A program made the translations under genes and the position numbers. The notes under the pieces are model-generated. The model worked only from the letters and a program-made list of their open reading frames with translations. It had not been told where the DNA came from and did no database searches. From an uncultured Solirubrobacterales bacterium (GTDB taxonomy: Bacteria > Actinomycetota > Thermoleophilia > Solirubrobacterales > Solirubrobacteraceae), in assembly GCA_963713015.1 (NCBI GenBank), contig CAVQKC010000008.1, forward strand, positions 819,666-883,665: 64,000 bases of DNA. Direction: 5' to 3'. Shown in pieces: positions 58,347 through 64,000 of the stretch; the first letter of the stretch is position 1, and each line of letters starts with the position of its first letter.

Positions 58347-58946
58347 GTGAGCCGTCGCGAGCAGATCGAGATGAGCGAGGCTGAGGTCGCCTCGTTCCTG
58401 GTTGACGAGCGCATCGTGACGTGCGCGACGATGGGACCGCGTGGGTGGCCGCACCTTATGCCGCTTTGGTATGTGCTGCGCAGTCCTGGCACTCCGTCCG
58501 CCCGGGCGGAAACAGACGGCGAGGCCATCTCTCGTGGTTCAGGCGGCGAGGCTGTCTCCACTGCCCCGCCGGAGACAGACGGCGAGGCCATCTCCACCGG
58601 TCCGCGCCTGTGGGCCTGGACTTATGCGGCATCGCAGAAGGTCCGCAATCTGGAGCGTAACCCGCGCGCGACACTCCAGATCGAGGCGGGTGAGCAGTAT
58701 CAGGAGCTGCGCGGCATGATGATCGAGAGCGAAGTGATCGTCCATCGGGATCTCGAGACTGTGGGAGCGCTCGGGCAGGAGATCTTCAGGCGCTACGCAT
58801 CCCCGCGCGGCGAGCCTCCAGTTGACGCGCTCCCCCCGGAGGTGGCCGCGATGGTCGATAAGCAGGCCGCCAAGCGCGTGGCCCTGGAGTTCGTCGAGCG
58901 GCGCCGCGCGAGCTGGGACCATCGCAAGCTGGGCAGCGTCTATTAG
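58347..58946 (+). CDS. Pyridoxamine 5'-phosphate oxidase-like (PPOX/F420) protein with repeat insertion
   Basis: PHLMPLWY, SQKVRNLERNP, SWDHRKL; ETDGEAIS duplicated. Confidence 0.85.
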   Translation: MSRREQIEMSEAEVASFLVDERIVTCATMGPRGWPHLMPLWYVLRSPGTPSARAETDGEAISRGSGGEAVSTAPPETDGEAISTGPRLWAWTYAASQKVRNLERNPRATLQIEAGEQYQELRGMMIESEVIVHRDLETVGALGQEIFRRYASPRGEPPVDALPPEVAAMVDKQAAKRVALEFVERRRASWDHRKLGSVY

Positions 58947-58982
58947 GCTCCGCTGCGGATGTAAAAGGAGGGTTGTGTGTAG

Positions 58983-59046
58983 TCTTTTTCAAAATTTTGC
59001 CATAGTGACTACGCTTGTATAGACTATTGCAAAATTCCGGAAAAGA
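58983..59046. other. AT-rich imperfect inverted repeat before rfbA
   Basis: aattttgccatagt / actattgcaaaatt (13 of 14) plus outer tctttt/aaaaga. Confidence 0.7.
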
Positions 59047-59087
59047 ACAAGTAACCTCTCCCTCCTATCGATAGGCTTCCCGACTCG

Positions 59088-60179
59088 ATGGAGTCGCTGA
59101 AGGGACTGATCCTCTCGGGGGGCAAGGGCACGCGCCTGCGTCCGATCACTCATACGAGCGCCAAGCAGCTCGTGCCAGTAGCCAATAAGCCGGTGTTGTT
59201 CTACGGCATCGAGGCGATGGCAGCCGCGGGGGTACGGGAGGTCGGCATCGTCATCGCCCCCGAGACCGGTGAGGAGATCAGGCAGGCCGCCGGCGATGGA
59301 TCGCGCTTTGGCGTGAGCATCGAGTACATCGTGCAGGATGAGCCGCTAGGGCTCGCCCACGCGGTGCTCACCGCTGAGCCGTTCTTGGGCGATAGCCCGT
59401 TTGTGATGTATCTCGGCGACAACCTGTTGCAGGGCGGTATCGCAGACCTGGTGGCAGCCTTCCGCGAGCACAGTCCCGACGCGCTGATCCTGCTCACGCC
59501 TGTGCCCGATCCAGAGAACTTCGGTGTCGCCGAGCTGGCGCCGGCGGCGCCCGGAGAGGTCGGCCGCGTGGTGCGGCTCATCGAGAAGCCTTCTGAGCCC
59601 GCTACCGACCTAGCGCTCGTGGGCGTGTACATGTTCACCGCCCATATCCACGAGGCCGCCCGCGCAATCGAGCCCTCCGGGCGCGGAGAGCTGGAGATCA
59701 CCGACGCCATCCAATATCTCGTTGACGCCGGTCGACGCGTCGAGCCACACATCGTGCGTGGCTGGTGGAAGGACACCGGACGTCTCGACGACATGCTCGA
59801 GGCCAACCGGCTGATCCTCGACAACCTGACCGAGCACGTACAGGGTGAGCTCGTCGACTCCCAGGTCGACGGGCGCGTGGTGATCGAGCCGGGAGCGCGC
59901 CTAGAGCGCACCACCGTGCGGGGACCGGCGATCGTTGGAGCCGGGGCCCAGTTGTGTGACTGCTACATCGGTCCCTACACGGCGATCGGCAAGGACTGCC
60001 GCATAACGAACTCCGAGGTGGAGCACTCCATCCTGCTGGAGGGCTCCTCGGTATGCGACCTCGACGGACGCATGGAGTCTTCGCTGCTCGGACGCAACGT
60101 CACGGTTCGACGCGGCGATCGTCAGCCGCGTGCCTATCGCTTCATGGTGGGCGACAACTCGGACATCTCGATCCTGTGA
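59088..60179 (+). CDS. rfbA: Glucose-1-phosphate thymidylyltransferase (long form)
   Basis: GGKGTRLRP, AKQL, YLGDN, GELEITD, WKDTG. Confidence 0.94.
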   Translation: MESLKGLILSGGKGTRLRPITHTSAKQLVPVANKPVLFYGIEAMAAAGVREVGIVIAPETGEEIRQAAGDGSRFGVSIEYIVQDEPLGLAHAVLTAEPFLGDSPFVMYLGDNLLQGGIADLVAAFREHSPDALILLTPVPDPENFGVAELAPAAPGEVGRVVRLIEKPSEPATDLALVGVYMFTAHIHEAARAIEPSGRGELEITDAIQYLVDAGRRVEPHIVRGWWKDTGRLDDMLEANRLILDNLTEHVQGELVDSQVDGRVVIEPGARLERTTVRGPAIVGAGAQLCDCYIGPYTAIGKDCRITNSEVEHSILLEGSSVCDLDGRMESSLLGRNVTVRRGDRQPRAYRFMVGDNSDISIL

Positions 60180-61042
60180 GGATCCTGGTGACCGGTGCCG
60201 CCGGGATGCTCGCACATGATGTGCGCCGCGTCGGTGAGCGCTCAGGGCACGAGCTGATCCTCGTAGACCTGCCCGAGCTAGACATAGTCGACGAACAGGC
60301 GGTGATCGCGTTCTATGAGCGCGAGCGTCCCGAGGCCACCATCAACTGCGCCGCCTGGACCGACGTGGACGGCGCCGAGAGCAATCGTGAGGCGGCCCAT
60401 GCGGTAAACGCCGACGGCGCCGGAAATCTAGCCCGCGCCGCCGCACAAATCGGCACACCGCTGCTTCACATCTCCACCGATTATGTATTCGATGGAGCCG
60501 CCCCATTGGATGCCAGCGGCAGTCCCCGTCCATACCTCGAGTCCGACCCAACGGGCCCCCAATCGGTCTATGGAGAGACAAAGCTCGTCGGCGAGCGCCA
60601 AGTGCTGGCGGCCTCGCCGAGCCACGCCGTCGTCCGTACAGCCTGGCTCTACGGGATCGATGGCCCAAATTTCGTCGCTACGATGTTGCGCCTGGCCCGC
60701 GAGCGCGAGGCTGTACAGGTAGTGGACGATCAAATCGGCTCCCCCACCTGGTCGGGGCACCTAGCCCCAGCGGTGGTGGGGCTACTCGAGCGTGGGGTCG
60801 CCGGTCTCGTGCATCTCACGGGCGCTGGCTCGGTCTCCTGGAGCGGCTTTGCCAAGGAGATCTTCCGCCAAGCCGATGTCGACTGTCGCGTGGAGGCGAT
60901 CTCGAGTTCGCAGATGACACGTCCCGCACCCAGGCCGGCATTCTCTGTGCTCGAGACAGAACGCGACGACGTGCTGCCGATGGGGCCGTGGCAAGACGGG
61001 CTAGCTGGTTATATGGCAGCCAGGAATGGGATGATGCGCTGA
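60176..61042 (+). CDS. rfbD: dTDP-4-dehydrorhamnose reductase
   Basis: TGAAGML, AAWTDVD, STDYVFDG, YGETK, DQIGSPT. Confidence 0.94.
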   Translation: MRILVTGAAGMLAHDVRRVGERSGHELILVDLPELDIVDEQAVIAFYERERPEATINCAAWTDVDGAESNREAAHAVNADGAGNLARAAAQIGTPLLHISTDYVFDGAAPLDASGSPRPYLESDPTGPQSVYGETKLVGERQVLAASPSHAVVRTAWLYGIDGPNFVATMLRLAREREAVQVVDDQIGSPTWSGHLAPAVVGLLERGVAGLVHLTGAGSVSWSGFAKEIFRQADVDCRVEAISSSQMTRPAPRPAFSVLETERDDVLPMGPWQDGLAGYMAARNGMMR

Positions 61043-62055
61043 TGAAGCTCCTTGTTTGCGGCGGTGCGGGGTTCATCGGTTCCAACTTCTGCCGTCTGCG
61101 CTTGCGTGAGAGCGGCGATCGAGTGGTAGTGCTCGACAAGCTCACGTATGCGGGCCGCGAGGAGAACTTCCACGACTTCGCCGATGACTCCAACTTTCGT
61201 TTTGTCCACGGGGCCATCGAGGACCCGCAAGCGGTTGCAAGCGCGCTAGAGGGAGATGAGTGGGGCCCGATCGACGCCATCGTCAACTTCGCCGCCGAGA
61301 CCCACGTCGACCGCTCGATCGCGGAGCCCGACGCGTTCGTGAGGACCCACGCGCTCGGCACCTACGTACTGTTGGAGGCCGCCCGTGAGCGTGAGCTGCG
61401 CTACGTGCAGGTCTCAACCGACGAGGTATACGGGTCGATCGAGGACGGCTCATTCACCGAGGATTCTCCGTTGCGTCCCTCATCGCCCTACTCGGCTACC
61501 AAGACCGGTGCGGATCTGCTCGTGCAGGGTTATTTCCACACCTACGGCCTGCCCGCCACGATCTGTCGCGGCTCGAACAACTACGGGCCCTACCAGTACC
61601 CGGAGAAGCTGATCCCGCTGATGATCCTCAATGCCCTCAACGGCGATCCGTTGCCCGTGTATGGCGACGGGATGCAGGTACGCAACTGGATCCACGCCAC
61701 GGATTTTGGACGCGCGATCGGGCACGTGCTCGAGCATGGGATCCCCGGCGAGGTCTACAACGCGGGTGGGCCCGACGAGTGCCCCAACATCGAGGTGGTC
61801 AAGCGCATCATCGAGCTGACCGGCGCGGAGGAGTCGTTGATCGAGCATGTCACCGACCGTCCCGGCCACGACCGTCGCTACTCGCTCTCCTCAGCGAAGG
61901 TCAGAGCCCTCGGCTGGGAGCCGCGTGTGCGCTTCTTCGAGGGACTAGAGCAAACCGTCGCCTGGTATCGCGAGAACGCCTGGTGGTGGGAGCCCGTTCG
62001 CTCAGGCGATTACCGTGCTTATTATGAGCGCCAGTACGGCCGAACGCTCGCCTAA
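61042..62055 (+). CDS. rfbB: dTDP-glucose 4,6-dehydratase
   Basis: GGAGFIG, AAETHVDRSI, STDEVYG, PYSATK, NNYGP. Confidence 0.96.
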   Translation: MKLLVCGGAGFIGSNFCRLRLRESGDRVVVLDKLTYAGREENFHDFADDSNFRFVHGAIEDPQAVASALEGDEWGPIDAIVNFAAETHVDRSIAEPDAFVRTHALGTYVLLEAARERELRYVQVSTDEVYGSIEDGSFTEDSPLRPSSPYSATKTGADLLVQGYFHTYGLPATICRGSNNYGPYQYPEKLIPLMILNALNGDPLPVYGDGMQVRNWIHATDFGRAIGHVLEHGIPGEVYNAGGPDECPNIEVVKRIIELTGAEESLIEHVTDRPGHDRRYSLSSAKVRALGWEPRVRFFEGLEQTVAWYRENAWWWEPVRSGDYRAYYERQYGRTLA

Positions 62056-62133
62056 CCACACCAGCTTGGCCGCACCCGCCTAGCCACACCCTCTTTGGAT
62101 TTACTTCCTCGACGCCTATCCCGGCGCCAACTC

Positions 62134-62565
62134 TTACGACACGGGGGTGCTGCCTATGCCGGAGATCTTCCAGTGTGAGCCTTCCTTGACGACCGTGAGC
62201 GTAGTGATGCGGCTCTTGCCGCTGTAGGTGCTCTTCACGTGTGCCAGCGCGCTGTTGCCTTTGACCACGATCGATTCGATAGTGAGGCTGAGCGCATCGA
62301 TCTCGCGCAACTGATTCTTGAGAACTGCCTGGCACCCCCCCGCGCCGCGCAAACGAGTTGTAAGCGTGGCGGCGAGATCGTTTTCGCAGAGCTTCTTCTC
62401 GTCGGCCGACGTTGCATCGGTCTGAAAGTTGGAGACCGTCTGGGCCACGTTGTGACTTTCGCCCTTGAAATTGCCCGTAGACGCCGTTTCCCCGCAAGCC
62501 CCGAGGCCGACGGTGAGCGCGAGCGCGCAGAATGCGCATGTAAGTGTTCTCGGCGATGCCATCAT
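62134..62565 (-). CDS. Hypothetical lipoprotein (NTF2-like)
   Basis: LGA-C lipobox, C-terminal VKEGSHWKI. Confidence 0.7.
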   Translation of the reverse strand: MMASPRTLTCAFCALALTVGLGACGETASTGNFKGESHNVAQTVSNFQTDATSADEKKLCENDLAATLTTRLRGAGGCQAVLKNQLREIDALSLTIESIVVKGNSALAHVKSTYSGKSRITTLTVVKEGSHWKISGIGSTPVS

Positions 62566-62697
62566 CGGGCCCTAGCGTACGCGAGCACGCCAGCCAATGC
62601 TCTCTGAGGCGTGTGCACTCCCGGACTCGACTCGCCAACCGACCGCCCTGCGTAGTCAGGCGGCCGGCGGGAAGCCTCCCGGGTGGCTAGGAAGTTT

Positions 62698-63555
62698 TTA
62701 GCCCTGCTCGTCGTCGCGGCGGTAGCCGAGACGCGCCGAGATATTGTCCGCGGTGGCAACCAGATGCGGGCCGAGTGCGTCAACGAGCTCCTCGAGCGAA
62801 ATCATCGAGCTGTGCGCCGCGATGTTCACGGCTGCCACCACCTCACGCGACTCGGTTCGAACGGGCGCTGAGATCGAGTGCAGACCCTTGGCAAGCTCTT
62901 CGTCGTTGACCGCCATGCCCTCCTCGAGCACATGCTCGAGTTCGGTGCGCAGAGCCTTCTTGCTGGTGATCGAGTTCGGGCCACGACGCGTGAGCGTCAT
63001 GTTCCCGATCAGGTCGCGCTGCTCGGCCTCGGGCAGGTTCGCCAGCAGCACCTTGCCCATCGAGGTGCAGTAGGCGGGCAGGCGTGAGCCGGGACGCAGG
63101 TTCAGGTCGATCTTGCTCTGTCCGCGGCGGAAACTGCGCGCGCGGTCGACGTAGAGGATCTCAGGACCGTCCAGAACGGAGAGGTTCACCGTGTATGAGG
63201 TGCGCTGGCGCAGCTCCTCCAGGTAAGGGCGCGAATGCTCACGTAGACCCGTCGAGTTCAGAGCAGACATACCGAGGTCGGTGACGCGCAGCCCAAGACG
63301 ATACTTACGCGAGGCACCCTGCTCGAGAAAACCAAGCGCCACCAGCGTGATTACGTAGCGATGTGTCGTCGAGCGACTCATTCCCAGGTCGTCGGCGATG
63401 TCAGCGATACCGAGTACAGGACGCTCCGGGGTGAAGCAGCCGAGGATGGCAAGCCCCCGCTCGAGCGACTGGGAGTAGCGTGGCTCGCGGAGGCTCGGTA
63501 TCGACCACTCGCCCTCTTGACTGGATTTGGAAGAATTCGCGCTTACTCTAGGCAT
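62698..63555 (-). CDS. IclR-family regulator
   Basis: SLERGLAIL, SRSTTHR, LPAYCTSMGK, SISAPV. Confidence 0.93.
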   Translation of the reverse strand: MPRVSANSSKSSQEGEWSIPSLREPRYSQSLERGLAILGCFTPERPVLGIADIADDLGMSRSTTHRYVITLVALGFLEQGASRKYRLGLRVTDLGMSALNSTGLREHSRPYLEELRQRTSYTVNLSVLDGPEILYVDRARSFRRGQSKIDLNLRPGSRLPAYCTSMGKVLLANLPEAEQRDLIGNMTLTRRGPNSITSKKALRTELEHVLEEGMAVNDEELAKGLHSISAPVRTESREVVAAVNIAAHSSMISLEELVDALGPHLVATADNISARLGYRRDDEQG

Positions 63556-63908
63556 CTCTGCTATGGCCCCTATCGGTAGTGCCGGAGGTGCCTCTACATT
63601 GGTGCACCTCAGTTGAACAGTCATCATACTTGGGAATGCCGACGAACTCAATCGAGAGCACTATGCAGAACTGTGTTTGCGAGCTCGGAGAGGGTCACAC
63701 GATTGTGTGGCCCTCGATTTACACCCCCGGATGTGACTCCATCTGACACTTGGTAGGCGCTGCGTATCTCCTTTATCTATGCCTTTCTCAGGCACAAGTA
63801 AGGGGTTTTCCGAATCATCCTGTCCGGTGGCTCAATGCGATCGGGGCTCCTGAGAAAGTACTCAGAACTGAATGTTCAAGATCGGAACTGCGTGAGGGTG
63901 TTGGCAAC

Positions 63909-64000
63909 GTGAGCGAGCATTTGACCTATACCAGTGGCGGCCTGGACCGTGAGCTCGACGAGGAGTTCGAGCGACTCATCGCTGCCATGCGCGTGGCCGC
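63909..64000 (+). CDS. 5' fragment of a gene cut by the window edge (possibly an aldehyde dehydrogenase)
   Basis: Open GTG frame MSEHLTYTSGG; identity is a guess. Confidence 0.3.
   Translation, partial: MSEHLTYTSGGLDRELDEEFERLIAAMRVA

Noticed and set aside
63865-63878. LexA box
   Set aside because: GAAC-N5-GTTC has the wrong spacing (N4 expected); it may be an IclR site but this is unsupported.

Overview
High-GC actinobacterial DNA; the gene content suggests Thermoleophilia/Solirubrobacterales (inference, no search run). 1-43.5 kb, lying 3' of a tRNA-Phe, is a stress/dormancy-type accessory block. It holds CBS, DUF72-UdgX, a Zn-dependent formaldehyde-type dehydrogenase, a Mo-bisPGD oxidoreductase lacking all FS0 cysteines, two partner-switching modules (MEDS-STAS/MEDS-HATPase and PP2C/STAS/HATPase), an MrpA-less Mbh-ordered Mrp operon, a Cys-type formate dehydrogenase with NrfD and FdhD, Mo/W uptake and Moco genes, VapBC, an HDO/CDGSH/YbdK/methyltransferase cluster, and LigD-Ku-Ku-EEP. 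A recurring GTTT-N15-17-GGGTA (SigB/SigF-like) promoter precedes many of these operons. At 44-55 kb are an ADH, a low-GC S1-protease islet flanked by a duplicated alaS 3' end, alaS, a short AspRS and xth. At 55-64 kb are a YhaM-like HD nuclease preceded by a PafBC-type promoter motif, a fused PafBC (double WYL) gene, a PPOX-family gene, rfbA-rfbD-rfbB and an IclR regulator. Several single-base frameshifts, including one in alaS, most likely reflect sequencing/assembly indels.
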